A DNA stretch of 64,000 nucleotides from Vulcanimicrobiota bacterium (GTDB lineage Bacteria; Vulcanimicrobiota; Vulcanimicrobiia; Vulcanimicrobiales; Vulcanimicrobiaceae), in assembly GCA_963777315.1 (NCBI GenBank), contig CAVZQC010000006.1:32001-96000 (forward strand), in the 5' to 3' direction. A model generated the notes under the pieces. It did not search any database. It was not told where the DNA came from and saw only the letters and a list, made by a program, of their open reading frames with translations. Below, piece by piece: positions 1-10,067 of this stretch (the first letter of the stretch is position 1; each line of letters opens with the position of its first letter). A program made the position numbers and the translations under genes.

Positions 1-611
1 AGGTTCAACGCCACGATGATCAGCGCGGCGACGGCATCGCCTTTGACGAATTTGCCTGCGCCGTCCATCGCGCCATAAAAGTTCGCCTCTTTCTGAACCA
101 ATTCGCGTTTAGCGCGCGCTCCTTGCGCGTCCAGCACGCCCGCGTGCACGTCGGCGTCGATCGCCATTTGCTTGCCGGGCATCGCGTCCAAAGTAAAGCG
201 CGCCGCGACTTCGGCAACGCGCTGCGAACCGCTGGCGATGACGATGAACTGGATAGCGATCAGAATGGCGAACACGATGAGCCCGACGACCAAATTGCCG
301 CGAACCACGAATTCGCCGAACGCCGGAATAATTGCGCCCGCGCCGCCGGGCTGCTGTCCTTGCGTGAGGATCAAACGCGTGGCCGATACGTCGAGCGAGA
401 GCCGAAACAGCGTGGCTATGAGAAGCGCAGGCGCAAAGGCCGAAAACTCGAGCGGTTCCTCGATCGTCACGCTGAGCAGCAGCACCAGCGCCGACGTGAA
501 GATGTTGATTCCCAGCAGCACGTCGAGCAGCACGGGCGGCAGCGGCACGATGAGAATCGCCACGATGCCTAAAAGCAATGCGGCAAACGCGTACGTCGGC
601 AGCCGGTTCAC
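1..611 (-). CDS. flhA: Flagellar export gate protein FlhA, N-terminal part (runs off window)
   Basis: Manual translation from GTG at 611 (frame absent from ORF track): ...LLIATLFRLSLDVSATRLIL...RVAEVAARFTLDAMPGKQMAIDAD...FYGAMDGAGKFVKGDA, the FHIPEP signature; start overlaps the flhB stop. Confidence 0.95.
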   Translation of the reverse strand, partial: MNRLPTYAFAALLLGIVAILIVPLPPVLLDVLLGINIFTSALVLLLSVTIEEPLEFSAFAPALLIATLFRLSLDVSATRLILTQGQQPGGAGAIIPAFGEFVVRGNLVVGLIVFAILIAIQFIVIASGSQRVAEVAARFTLDAMPGKQMAIDADVHAGVLDAQGARAKRELVQKEANFYGAMDGAGKFVKGDAVAALIIVALN

Positions 612-1615
612 GACGTGAGCGCTCCCGAATCGGCAAGGGCTGCGACGACTTGCGCCACGGCAACGTACGTTTCTTGGGCAATGAACTCACCGGCTTTCGA
701 TCCCGCGTACAACGCTCGTGCCAGAGCCACGTTTTCCACAACTGGAATCCGGTATTCGGCTGCAATTTCGCGCACGCGCGCGGCAGCCTCTTCCGCAGCG
801 CGCACGAGGACGCGCGGAACGGGCACGTCGGGCGGCCGGTACTCCAACGCTATGGCAATGTGCGTGGGGTTGGTTATGATGAAGGCTGCGTCTTTCACTC
901 TGCGCAACGTGCCGCGCGACAGCTGAGTGTGCAGCGCGCGCCTGCGGCTGCGCGCGAGCGGATCGCCGTCCTGTTCCTTGCGATCGCGCTTGAGGTCTTC
1001 GAACGACATGCGCAAGCGTGTGCGCCAGCGTACCAACTGCAGACCGTAATCGGCGCCGGCAAAAACAGCGCCGATCGCGCATGCGACTGCCGCGGCGTGC
1101 AGCGCGCCGCTCCACGATGCCGCAGCAACGGCTCGAACGTCCGCCGAATGCAGCGCAGCGGCATACACCGCGGCAATAGCCGGAAGTATTGCCGCACCGC
1201 AGCAGGCAAACGCAATGCTCGCGCGTGCGGCAGTGACCAGCGACTCGCGCGAAAACATGCGTTTGGCGTTTTCAACCGCAGACAGCCGCTCGAGCTTGAT
1301 GCCGACCGCGCAAAACCGAAGGCCGCCGCTTTGCAGAACGCCCGCGGTTAGCGCGCCGCACGCGCCTGCCAAGGCCGGAACCAACATCAGCCACGCCACG
1401 GACGCCGCGTGCGAAGCGTCGATTCGTCCGCTCGCGCCGGCGATCAGGGCGGCCCGCGCCGCGGCGCCCATCGGCGGGACCACCGCACCAAGCGCCATGG
1501 CGGCCGCTGCAAAACAGGCCACGTTTGCGAGCTCCTGAGAGCGAGCAAAGTCGCCGTCGCGTTTGGCGCGATCGATCCGCGACTGCGTGGGCTCGAACTG
1601 CTTTTCTTGCGCCAC
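608..1615 (-). CDS. flhB: Flagellar export switch protein FlhB
   Basis: N-terminal EKQFEPTQSRIDRAKRDG, KEQDGDP, intact NPTH autocleavage motif, IPVVENVALARALY; GTG start at 1615. Confidence 0.93.
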   Translation of the reverse strand: MAQEKQFEPTQSRIDRAKRDGDFARSQELANVACFAAAAMALGAVVPPMGAAARAALIAGASGRIDASHAASVAWLMLVPALAGACGALTAGVLQSGGLRFCAVGIKLERLSAVENAKRMFSRESLVTAARASIAFACCGAAILPAIAAVYAAALHSADVRAVAAASWSGALHAAAVACAIGAVFAGADYGLQLVRWRTRLRMSFEDLKRDRKEQDGDPLARSRRRALHTQLSRGTLRRVKDAAFIITNPTHIAIALEYRPPDVPVPRVLVRAAEEAAARVREIAAEYRIPVVENVALARALYAGSKAGEFIAQETYVAVAQVVAALADSGALTS

Positions 1616-1616
1616 G

Positions 1617-2336
1617 TCAATGCGCGTAGAGAAACGGAATTCGCAGCCAGGGTGTCGCACTTTGTGCGAACAGCACCGGCACGGCCGCAATCGTCCCTAT
1701 CAAAGCCATGCCGAAGACTACGGGAAACGACAGCGTGAAGCTCGCAAAGCGCGGAATCACGCGCGAGAGCGCCCCAAGCGTGCATTGCGCCACGAAAACG
1801 AGCGCTATCGCAGGCGCCGCCACCAGAAGCGCCGCCTGTAAAATGCTCGCGGGCAGGGCTACGGCATACGCGTACAGCGCGTGCGGGGAAGGAACGCCCC
1901 CCGGCGGCACGCTTTCGAAGCTGCGCGAAAACGCATACAGCACGACGCGATATCCGCCCAGCAAGAAAAAACCGGCGGTAAAAACCAGCGACCATACTCG
2001 TCCGAATCCGGACGCTGCGAAGATTTGCGCGGTTGGTACGCTGCCGCGAATGCCGACGTAATCGTCAAGCGCACGGCCGCCCGCGTAAGCACCGTCGTAC
2101 AGTACGGAAGCGGCGATGCCGATCGCAGCGCCGATCCCGGCTTCGCACGCAACTCCGGCGATGAAGGCCATGCCGTCAGGGGCGTGAACGGCCCGCACGC
2201 CGGGAGCGATGCCGATGGCGATGGTGAGCGCCAAACCCGCGCGCACGATCGGCGGCACGGACGGATGCGAAAAACCGGGAGCGCGAAACACGAAGCCTGC
2301 GCAGCGGGCGAAAACCAGCAGCGCAGTAGCGCTCAT
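1617..2336 (-). CDS. fliR: Flagellar export apparatus protein FliR
   Basis: Multi-TM; LLVFARC..APGF, LSRVIPRFASFTLSFP; lies between fliQ and flhB. Confidence 0.9.
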   Translation of the reverse strand: MSATALLVFARCAGFVFRAPGFSHPSVPPIVRAGLALTIAIGIAPGVRAVHAPDGMAFIAGVACEAGIGAAIGIAASVLYDGAYAGGRALDDYVGIRGSVPTAQIFAASGFGRVWSLVFTAGFFLLGGYRVVLYAFSRSFESVPPGGVPSPHALYAYAVALPASILQAALLVAAPAIALVFVAQCTLGALSRVIPRFASFTLSFPVVFGMALIGTIAAVPVLFAQSATPWLRIPFLYAH

Positions 2337-2599
2337 TCCTGCACCAGAGCGGGAATGTGCGCGAGAACGTCCCAAAACAGCGCCGCGCACAAGTGCATGC
2401 CGAAAGAACCGAAGAGCGCGACGGCGATGCCGACTGCCAGCAGTTTGGGCAGCAGCGAAAGCGTTTGCTCTTGAACTTGCGTGGCTGCCTGCAGCACCGC
2501 AACCGCAGTGCCTACCAGTGTCGCGACGGCCAGGACCGGCAGACAGAGAATAGCCGCGATCAAAAGCGCTTCGCGCAGCAGTCCGTCGAATGCAGGCAT
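2333..2599 (-). CDS. fliQ: Flagellar export apparatus protein FliQ
   Basis: 88 aa; LQAATQVQEQTLSLLPKL signature. Confidence 0.95.
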   Translation of the reverse strand: MPAFDGLLREALLIAAILCLPVLAVATLVGTAVAVLQAATQVQEQTLSLLPKLLAVGIAVALFGSFGMHLCAALFWDVLAHIPALVQE

Positions 2600-2605
2600 G
2601 CGAAG

Positions 2606-2611
2606 ACCCTA
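2606..2611 (-). promoter_or_regulatory. Putative -10 element for a leaderless fliQ transcript
   Basis: TAGGGT exactly 6 nt before the ATG; no Shine-Dalgarno. Confidence 0.5.
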
Positions 2612-2633
2612 CGCGAGCGCTATTGCAGCAACG

Positions 2634-3527
2634 TTAACGCGTGATGAACGACCGCCAGGCGGTGGCCGCCAGCAGCGCGCTGACGATTGCGCGCGTAGCC
2701 GGCGATTTGTTCAAAGTGTAAAAATGAATGCCCGGAGCTCCGCGTCGCAGCAGGTCGGCGGCCTGCAAGGTCGCATATGCGACGCCCAGATCTTCTACCG
2801 CCTTGGGCTCATCGCTGCGCTCTTCCAGCGCCGCAAGCAGCTTGGGCGGGATAGCCCCGCCGCCCAGCGCGGTCATGCGCGCTATCTGCTGATAATTCGT
2901 AATCGGCATGAGCCCCGCGATAATCGGCACGGTGATCCCGGCTTGCCGCGCGCGATCGACGAACGCAAAATACTTTTCGTTGTCGAAAAAGAACTGCGAG
3001 ACCAAAAAATCCGCGCCCGCGCGAACCTTCTCCACCAGGTGCTCGAGATCGCTGCGTTCGTCGGGAGCGTCGGGGTGCTTTTCGGGAAAGCATGCCGCGC
3101 CGATGTCGAAATCGTACACGCGGCGCAGCATCGCAATGAGCTCGGCGGCGTAATGGAACCCGTTCTCGACCGGAACGAACGTTGCACTGCCGCGCGGCGG
3201 ATCGCCTCGCAGCGCCATGACGTTTTCAATACCGGCCGCTTCGAGTTCGTTGAAGATGTTGCGCAGGTCGGCTCGGGTGCTGCCCACGCACGTTACGTGC
3301 GCCATCGGGGTGAGCCCGATCTCATTGCGAATCTGCTTGCACACTTCCAACGTCCGCGCGCGCGTCGATCCGCCGGCGCCCCAGGTGACCGATACGAACG
3401 CCGGCCGCAACGGCCGAAGCGCGTCGATGGTTTCGAGCAGATGCGCGTGCGCCGTTTCGTCCTTGGGCGGAAAGAATTCGAATGAAAAGAACGGCCGCTG
3501 TCTCGCGAGCGCTTGAGCGATCCGCAT
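2634..3527 (-). CDS. metF: 5,10-methylenetetrahydrofolate reductase
   Basis: SFEFFPPK, VSVTWGAGG, ALRGDPP, FPEKHP, SQFFFD, HFYTLNK. Confidence 0.97.
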   Translation of the reverse strand: MRIAQALARQRPFFSFEFFPPKDETAHAHLLETIDALRPLRPAFVSVTWGAGGSTRARTLEVCKQIRNEIGLTPMAHVTCVGSTRADLRNIFNELEAAGIENVMALRGDPPRGSATFVPVENGFHYAAELIAMLRRVYDFDIGAACFPEKHPDAPDERSDLEHLVEKVRAGADFLVSQFFFDNEKYFAFVDRARQAGITVPIIAGLMPITNYQQIARMTALGGGAIPPKLLAALEERSDEPKAVEDLGVAYATLQAADLLRRGAPGIHFYTLNKSPATRAIVSALLAATAWRSFITR

Positions 3528-3540
3528 GACGCTCGTTTAC

Positions 3541-4197
3541 TTATCTAAAGCTCGATACGACGCCTCCGCAGACCAGCGCCCAGCCGTCGACCATGACGAA
3601 CAGCAGCAGTTTGGCCGGCAGCGAGATCACCGGCGGGCTGAGCATGAACATGCCAAGGCCCATGAGGATCGACGCGACGGCTAAATCGATAGCGACGAAA
3701 GGCAAGTACAACGCAAATCCGATTGCAAACGCGTCCCGCAGTTCGCCCACCACGAAGGCCGGAATGAGGACGACCAGCGGCGCCCGCGCGGCGGGCTCGG
3801 GCCTCCGGCGCGCCGAGCGCTCGAAAAGCGCGACGTCGGCAAGGCGCGTTTGCCGCAGCATGAATTCGCGCAGCGGTCCGGCCGCACGGTCGACGAACTG
3901 CGACTGACTGATTGCGCCTTTCGAATACGGTTCGAGCGCCTGGCTCGAGATGCGCGTGAGCGTGGGCGACATGATGACGAGCGTAAGCACCAAAGCCAGT
4001 CCGGTGAGCACGGAGTTGGGCGGCAACGCCGCCGCGCCGATGGCCGAACGCACGAGCGAAAGGACGACGACGATGCGCACGAACGACGTCGACATCACCA
4101 GAATGAACGGCGCAATCGACAGCACCGTCAGCGCCGCCAAGACGTCTAGCGGCAGCGTTCCGCGCGCGTGATTGGCAACCGTCAGCAGTGCATCCAT
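3541..4197 (-). CDS. fliP: Flagellar export apparatus protein FliP (short, no obvious signal peptide)
   Basis: MSTSFVRIVVVLSLVRSAIG..PPNSVL; MFMLSPPVISLPAKLLLFVMVDGW. Confidence 0.95.
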   Translation of the reverse strand: MDALLTVANHARGTLPLDVLAALTVLSIAPFILVMSTSFVRIVVVLSLVRSAIGAAALPPNSVLTGLALVLTLVIMSPTLTRISSQALEPYSKGAISQSQFVDRAAGPLREFMLRQTRLADVALFERSARRRPEPAARAPLVVLIPAFVVGELRDAFAIGFALYLPFVAIDLAVASILMGLGMFMLSPPVISLPAKLLLFVMVDGWALVCGGVVSSFR

Positions 4198-4203
4198 GCC
4201 CAA

Positions 4204-4209
4204 ACGCTA
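4204..4209 (-). promoter_or_regulatory. Putative -10 element for a leaderless fliP transcript
   Basis: TAGCGT exactly 6 nt before ATG 4197. Confidence 0.5.
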
Positions 4210-4242
4210 CCGCGGCGATGTTGCCGCGGTATGCCGGCTGCG

Positions 4243-5523
4243 TTACACCGGATTGCCGAAGTATGGGAACGTATCGGTCACGCCGCGGCTGCCTGCATCG
4301 ACGTTGTCGCTGGTCAAGCACGGCGTAGACCTGCCGTCGGGCGGAGCGAGTCCGACTTTTTCGCCCAGCGTACCGAAGATGACGCCGAGCGAAAGATCGA
4401 TGACGGGACTGGACGGATCGCGGCCGCCGAACTGCCGGTATGGATTGCTGAGCGCCTTCTTTATTCCGCCTAGCGGGAAGTTGGGCACGGCGCGCACCAC
4501 GCCGGTGGGCAGCGCGCTCTTGCCCTTGGTCTCGACGGCAAGATATCGGGCAGGCCCGTCGGCGGCAAGATTCGCTTCCAACTCATCGGGAATGAGGACG
4601 TGCTCGACCGAACTTGCCAAGTGCGCGGAACGATGCGCGCCGTGCGGTGAAGTCATGAACGCGTAGATATCGTGCGGCAGCAGCGGATCGTTCCAGGGCG
4701 AACTGCGATTGGTGCGATCGTGCCGTTCGAACGGTTCGAACGCTTCTTTGACCGCCGGTCGCGCCAGCCGTTCGACTTGCGTCCATTCCCCGTTGCGCTG
4801 CAGCGACGTCGTCGCGTACAGGCGTATCACCCCGAGCTTACCGTTGGGCGCGGCCAACATTCGTCGAGGCAATTCCACGATGAGCGAGAGAACGTTATAG
4901 TCGCGCAAAGCGTCGACGCCCGGTTTGCGAAAGCACTTGGCCGACGGCGCAGGCACGCCGTTGCCGGCCGGCGGATGGTACTTGTAACTGCGGTCCGGAA
5001 CGATTTTCAAAAACTGCGACAGATCGAAATAGAACGGATCCTTGCGCGGGCCGGCCATTGCCAGAACGCCGTTGCGCAGATGCGCCTTTTGGCCGAGCGT
5101 AAACGTCTGCGGTGAACCGACCCAAGCCGAACGGGTTCCTATCATGGCCGGCGCGGCCGGTCCGTACATCTCGAGGCGCTGACGGCTGCCGCTGCCGATG
5201 GCGCGGAATTGAATGACTTTATCTTCGCGATAGTCGCCCGTCGTGTCTATCTTGAATTGATACATGACGCCGGGATCGAAAAATACGGTTCGAGCCATTC
5301 CGGCCGGAACGAGCGGATGAACGTCCATGGCGAGCACGACCTTGTTCGGATCGGCTGCGGGAAAAACGAAGACGTCGGTGATGTCGCCTCCAGGCCGCCC
5401 CACCGTCAGCGGCGAGTCCTGATGATCGGAGGATCGCCCTGCGCGCGGAAGATACAGCAGGACCGCCACCGCGAGCGCGACGATGGCGAGCGCGGGCAGC
5501 AATATCCGCAACAAGTGTTTCAA
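4243..5523 (-). CDS. DUF4331-family exported protein
   Basis: Signal/TM segment then SSDHQDSP...DITDVFVF; AGPRKDPFYFDL; QVERLARPAV; FGGR; TFPYFG; TTG start overlaps the upstream stop. Confidence 0.85.
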   Translation of the reverse strand: MKHLLRILLPALAIVALAVAVLLYLPRAGRSSDHQDSPLTVGRPGGDITDVFVFPAADPNKVVLAMDVHPLVPAGMARTVFFDPGVMYQFKIDTTGDYREDKVIQFRAIGSGSRQRLEMYGPAAPAMIGTRSAWVGSPQTFTLGQKAHLRNGVLAMAGPRKDPFYFDLSQFLKIVPDRSYKYHPPAGNGVPAPSAKCFRKPGVDALRDYNVLSLIVELPRRMLAAPNGKLGVIRLYATTSLQRNGEWTQVERLARPAVKEAFEPFERHDRTNRSSPWNDPLLPHDIYAFMTSPHGAHRSAHLASSVEHVLIPDELEANLAADGPARYLAVETKGKSALPTGVVRAVPNFPLGGIKKALSNPYRQFGGRDPSSPVIDLSLGVIFGTLGEKVGLAPPDGRSTPCLTSDNVDAGSRGVTDTFPYFGNPV

Positions 5524-6893
5524 GAATGGACCTCCGGCGTCGATCGTGATGAGGAAAGTTGCTGCAGAGTGAGCCGCGCAGCATCGGCGTAGTACGGATC
5601 GAAATGGGGATTCAGGGCCAGAGCTTGCGCAATGTACGTGCGAGCGCGATCGCGCCGACCGAAGTGCAGTTCGATCATGCCGGCGTGGTAGAGAATGCGG
5701 GGGTCCTGCGTGTGGTACCGTACTGCCAGCAGCATTGCCCGCCGAGCCAGATCCCAATGCCCGTCCCTGGCAGCGGCCCATGCCAGCGTATCTTGCGCAA
5801 AGATCTCGTCGCCACGGCGGCGCACTTCCCGCTGCGCGATTGCAAGCGCATCGTCGAGCCGGACGCCGTGCTCGGCATAGTACACTGAAAGAAGCCGATC
5901 GCTGATATGATACGCATTACCGATGCGTTCCACCGCAAATATCAGCAGTCTGCGTTTGCCGTGCGCCCGAGAGGTCGCCCAGCGCATGCTGGGCGTCGGA
6001 TTTGTATCCCAGCGTTTCCGGATCGGGAACGATCTCTGCGCCCTTGTCCGCAGCATCGAGCGCGCAGTTCCAATCCTTTGCCGCCCAGCAAAAGCGCGCC
6101 AGCGCGCGGTATGCCATGGCGAAATTCGGAAACTGAGCGATGGCCGTGCGTTCCTGCGCCTGCGCTTGGGCCGGATCGCCGGAGGAAAACGCCATCTCAC
6201 CGAGTCGATAGTGATACCACGCGCGCGATTGCGCCGAATTGTCGATGACCTCGTCCGAGCGCTGTGCGGCGGCGGCCATCAGCGCCCGCGCTTGGGCGAG
6301 TTTGCCGGTCAGCTCGTCGTACCGTGCTCGAGCCGCCCAAACGCCGGGATCGTCGCGAATGCGCTGCGCCGCCCCGACGTCGTGCAACGCGGCACCGTAA
6401 TGCCCCATCTCCATTTGGAGCAGCGCCATCTGCGCGGGCGCGTTGGAATCATCCGGGCGCTCGACGTGCGCGGCGGCTTCGTACGCGTATGCGGATTGAA
6501 AATCGTGAAGCGCGTAATACGCCGAAGCGATGACCTCGAGCGCGCCGCTGTTGTTTTGCGGCTGAAGACGAAGCGCGCGTTTGCCTTGGTGCAGCGCGCG
6601 CAAAATATCGCCCACGTCAAGGCTTTCGCGATACCGCTGCATATATTGCGCGGCCAGCAGCTCGCGCTGATCTGGTCCTGCGCGTCCTCGCGCACCCGGC
6701 GTTCGTAGAACGCGACCGTCTTGTCGCGGTACGAGTAGTCCGGAAGGACCGGTGCCACGTATGCGCGGGGAGCGCCGGCTCGCTGCGCGCCCAATAGCGG
6801 CCATGCGGCAATTGCGGCCAGCGCAATCACCAGAACGGCGAGCCGGTTTCGTTTTAGCCTAAAGACCGGCGCTATTGCGGCGCTCCGAGACAC
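5520..6893 (-). CDS. Tetratricopeptide-repeat exported protein, split by two frameshifts (about 6661 and 5947)
   Basis: Three consecutive ORF pieces join into one TPR protein: N-terminal TM; RAWYHYRLGEMAF; DTLAWA; ILYHAGMI..ALALNPHF. Confidence 0.8.
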
Positions 6894-6930
6894 ATATGCA
6901 ATGCTCCATGGCGGTGGGGATTCGCCTTAC

Positions 6931-6996
6931 AACGCCGTGTCGCGCGCGTTGGATTGCCCTAAAAGAAAATCAATCCAAGCAAACGGGCGCAGCGTT
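6931..6996. promoter_or_regulatory. Back-to-back ECF-sigma-type promoters CAATCC-N16-CGTT on both strands
   Basis: Plus strand: CAATCC 6971-6976, CGTT 6993-6996. Minus strand: CAATCC 6956-6951, CGTT 6934-6931. Both spacers are 16 nt. Confidence 0.7.
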
Positions 6997-7041
6997 TTAG
7001 CGCCCGAGGTTGAAAAAGGCCGTGAAGCGAACGCCCGTTCC

Positions 7042-7572
7042 GTGGAAGACGACGCGCAACTGATGCGCGAAATGGCAGCCCGCAACGTCGCGGCTTTTGA
7101 AGTATTGTACGATCGGTACCATCAGCTGGTCTACGGCATCGCGCTTCGCATGCTGGCCGATTCATCGGCCGCCGAAGATGCCACGCAATCCGTTTTTTTG
7201 AAAGTATGGAGCGCGCCGGAAGGTTTTCGCGGTGGGAACTTTGCCGCGTGGCTGGGCCGCGTCACGCGCAATGGCTGCCTGGATTCGCTGCGCGCGCGCT
7301 CGCGGCGCCCCGTTGCGCCGCTGTTCGAAATGCCTGCGGACGACCACGTCGAGGACAGTGCATTCGCTCACATCGATGCCGCGGCGATGTATGCCGCGCT
7401 CACGCAATTGCCGTCCGATCAGCGCGAACTGATCGAACTGTGCTTCTTTGGCGGGATGACGCAGCAGGCGATCGCCGAACGAACTAGTGTGCCGCTGGGC
7501 ACGGTCAAGACGCGCATACGCTCCGGACTGCATAAATTGCGCGCAGCTTTGATCGGATCGGAGCAGGCATGA
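7042..7572 (+). CDS. ECF RNA polymerase sigma factor, SigK-like
   Basis: AFEVLYDRY, AEDATQSVFLKVW, IAERTSVPLGTVKTRIRSGL; start GTG 7042 or ATG 7063, downstream of the promoter. Confidence 0.9.
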   Translation: MEDDAQLMREMAARNVAAFEVLYDRYHQLVYGIALRMLADSSAAEDATQSVFLKVWSAPEGFRGGNFAAWLGRVTRNGCLDSLRARSRRPVAPLFEMPADDHVEDSAFAHIDAAAMYAALTQLPSDQRELIELCFFGGMTQQAIAERTSVPLGTVKTRIRSGLHKLRAALIGSEQA

Positions 7573-8264
7573 ACGAGCACGAAGCCATGCTCGACGACGT
7601 TGCGATGTACGCGTTGGGGGCGCTGCCGCCCGATGACGCTCAGCGAGTGCGCGCGCATTTGGCGCAATGCGATTCCTGCCGCCAGGAGTACGAACGGCTC
7701 AAAGACGTGGCCGCCGTTTTGGCTTTGGGCGCACAAGATCCGGCGAAAGCTGCTGCGCCCAGCTCTGCGCTCAAGCGCCGCATCATCGCCGCAGCGAAGC
7801 CGCCGCAGCGCCGCGCCGCCGCTTGGCCTGCATTTGCGCTGGCGGCAGCGTGTCTGGCGCTGGCGGCGATCTTCGGCGGACTGTACGCATCGCTGCTGCA
7901 TCATTCCGGTCAGGCCGACCGGCAACTCGCGCAGCAAAACGCCGTACTGGCCGACTTGCTCGCTCCGTCGGCGCACCCCTATCGCGTCGCAGGCGGCGAA
8001 GTCGTCAGAAACGGCGACCGCATTTATATCGCCATGCGCAAGTTGCCGCCGCCGCCCAAAGGAAAAGTGTATCAGGCCTGGACGCTGCGAATCGGCGCAA
8101 CCAAAATGACGCCCTCGTCGACGTTCGTTCCCCGGAACGGTATTGCGCTGCTTCGCTTGCCGGTCAACGGCAGCGACGTCGCCGCAGTTGCCGTGAGCGC
8201 CGAACCGGCAGGTGGCAGCAAACAGCCTACCAGCAAACCCGTGTTTGTGACGAAACTGACGTAA
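7569..8264 (+). CDS. Anti-sigma factor, RskA-like
   Basis: YALGAL..HLAQCDSC (ZAS HxxxCxxC), TM helix, YQAW...AVSAEPAGGSKQPT RskA-type C-terminus. Confidence 0.9.
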   Translation: MNEHEAMLDDVAMYALGALPPDDAQRVRAHLAQCDSCRQEYERLKDVAAVLALGAQDPAKAAAPSSALKRRIIAAAKPPQRRAAAWPAFALAAACLALAAIFGGLYASLLHHSGQADRQLAQQNAVLADLLAPSAHPYRVAGGEVVRNGDRIYIAMRKLPPPPKGKVYQAWTLRIGATKMTPSSTFVPRNGIALLRLPVNGSDVAAVAVSAEPAGGSKQPTSKPVFVTKLT

Positions 8265-8273
8265 CTGTCGTTT

Positions 8274-8558
8274 TTAGGCGGGCTTTTGAATCAGTTCGGT
8301 GACGCGTACGCCGAAATTCTCGTCGATGGCCACGACCTCGCCGCGCGCAACGAGTTTGTTGTTGACCAGCAGGTCCACCGGGCCGCCCGCAAGACGATCG
8401 AGTTCAACGATCGATCCCGTGCCCAATTTGAGGATCTCCGCCACCGGCATTTTGCACGTTCCGAGTTCCGCGGTGATCTGCAGCGGCACGTTCATGAGCA
8501 GATCGAGATTCTGGCGATCTGCCGAAGGGCTGCCGTTTTTCTTGTGTTCCGCCATCAT
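8274..8558 (-). CDS. fliN: Flagellar C-ring protein FliN
   Basis: [17 protein letters not shown]...[41 protein letters not shown]. Confidence 0.95.
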   Translation of the reverse strand: MMAEHKKNGSPSADRQNLDLLMNVPLQITAELGTCKMPVAEILKLGTGSIVELDRLAGGPVDLLVNNKLVARGEVVAIDENFGVRVTELIQKPA

Positions 8559-8592
8559 CGCCGTTTTCAAATCCTTTACGGAGCGCTGACAA

Positions 8593-9351
8593 TCATCGCG
8601 TTGCGCTCGCCCAGACTCCACATTGGCCGCGGGCCAGGACCGCCGTCCCGAGTTTGAGCAACCCGCGTTCTCCCACTCTTGTCTTCATCGGCACGTACGT
8701 CCCCGGGCGTAAGTCCAGAACCGCTGCACCGTCGATATTTCCTCGGGCGAACTCGACCTTGACCTCCAGTTCGACGTCCATGAGGTCGCCGATTCGAATC
8801 GTGGAACCGCCGGCCGTGGGCGGCTCGGCAGAGAGCGCGACGCCAAGGCGAAGCGCTGCGGGCCGTTCGAAAAGCAATTCGAAATATGCGGCATATCCGT
8901 GAATGTCAAGAATGGGTGCGAACTCGCCGGCGTCGCGGCCGCATACCGCCGATAGACAGCCGGAAACGGCCGACAATGCGCGGGTGACCATTTCGTTCTC
9001 CAGCGGCGAGAGTGCGCGCAGGTCACCCGGCACTTCTCCGAAGAGCGCTGCAGCCAGCGCGAGCGCGTCGGCGGGGCGCAGCACGAACACGGCGTCGGCC
9101 GCCGCACCGCGCACGCCGTAAATCCGTGCGCCGGCGCAAATCGCTCGCCAAGCCGCGGGGTTCGGAATAACCGGCTCGAGCAGCCGCAGCGATACGGGCA
9201 GCCGCAGCACCGAAGCCAGCGTTTCCCGCACGCCGTTTGCAACCACGCATGCCGCGCTTACGGGAAGCGACGATCGTTGCCGGAACTCTGCACGGCGCAC
9301 TCGCCGGCCGTTGAGCACTTCGGCGTGGCACTGGAATCCCAAAACGTTCAT
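8593..9351 (-). CDS. FliM/FliN-family (SPOA) C-ring-like protein, divergent
   Basis: C-terminal SPOA-like [29 protein letters not shown]; middle LSPLE motif as in FliM; a probable indel near 8615 would extend it to [14 protein letters not shown]. Confidence 0.65.
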   Translation of the reverse strand: MNVLGFQCHAEVLNGRRVRRAEFRQRSSLPVSAACVVANGVRETLASVLRLPVSLRLLEPVIPNPAAWRAICAGARIYGVRGAAADAVFVLRPADALALAAALFGEVPGDLRALSPLENEMVTRALSAVSGCLSAVCGRDAGEFAPILDIHGYAAYFELLFERPAALRLGVALSAEPPTAGGSTIRIGDLMDVELEVKVEFARGNIDGAAVLDLRPGTYVPMKTRVGERGLLKLGTAVLARGQCGVWASATR

Positions 9352-10067
9352 TTCAGCAGGTCCATCGTCGTTTTCTCCACGCCGTCTTGCGCCGTGCCGG
9401 CGGCCCGAATCGCATCGAGCGTCAAGTATGCTTGCTGCAAACGCTCCAAACCCACGTCGAGATCGATACCGCTCCCGGCGCGCGCAAACGGTGCGATCGC
9501 GCCGAAGTTACCGTCGCCGGCGTTGCCGACGTGCGGCGTAACGCCGGACGGCGCGGCAACGTGCTGCGGGTCGACGGCTTGCAGTTTCGAGCCTGCGGCA
9601 AAACGCGCAAGACCGATGCGCCCCAAGGTTGCACGCTGCATTTCCCGCCGGCCGGTGCGCGGGTCGAAGACGCTGCGCTCGTACGTTACCAATCCGTCGG
9701 GCTGGATGCTCGCGTTCTGCGCTATCCCAAGTGCTGCGTCGACGGGATCGACGCAGAGCGGCGCGAGCGAGCTTCCTTCGGAGCGAAAGCCCTGCACGGG
9801 CAATCCTCGTTCGTCGACCAGCGCGCCCTGCTGCAGCCTGAACGAACCGTCGCGGCTGAAGAGCAGCCGCCCGCGCTCGTCGGCAGTGATGAAGTATGCG
9901 TCTTGCGGCGGCGCAGCGGAAAGGGCGTCGAGCGTGCGCGTCGCTGCCTGCGGCTGCGCAACGTCGCCGCGTTCGGGAACCGCGCCCGGAGCGTATGCCT
10001 GCAATACGTCGCGTTCGCGCGCTTGCAGTTCATCCAGCGCGCGCACAGTAGCATTTGAGATCAGCAT
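9348..10067 (-). CDS. Flagellar rod/hook-family protein (FlgF/FlgG/FlgE-like), divergent
   Basis: YFIT..FSRDGSFRL..LVDERGLPVQG, IQPDGLVT, GRIGLARF, C-terminal SGIDLD..L; lacks the usual N-terminal ANNLAN motif. Confidence 0.75.
   Translation of the reverse strand: MLISNATVRALDELQARERDVLQAYAPGAVPERGDVAQPQAATRTLDALSAAPPQDAYFITADERGRLLFSRDGSFRLQQGALVDERGLPVQGFRSEGSSLAPLCVDPVDAALGIAQNASIQPDGLVTYERSVFDPRTGRREMQRATLGRIGLARFAAGSKLQAVDPQHVAAPSGVTPHVGNAGDGNFGAIAPFARAGSGIDLDVGLERLQQAYLTLDAIRAAGTAQDGVEKTTMDLLK

Noticed and set aside
7028..7041. CGAACGCCCGTTCC, an SOS-box-like sequence just before the SigK-like gene
   Set aside because: An 8-base-specified motif is expected roughly once by chance in 64 kb at this GC content; it is a single copy with no DNA-repair context
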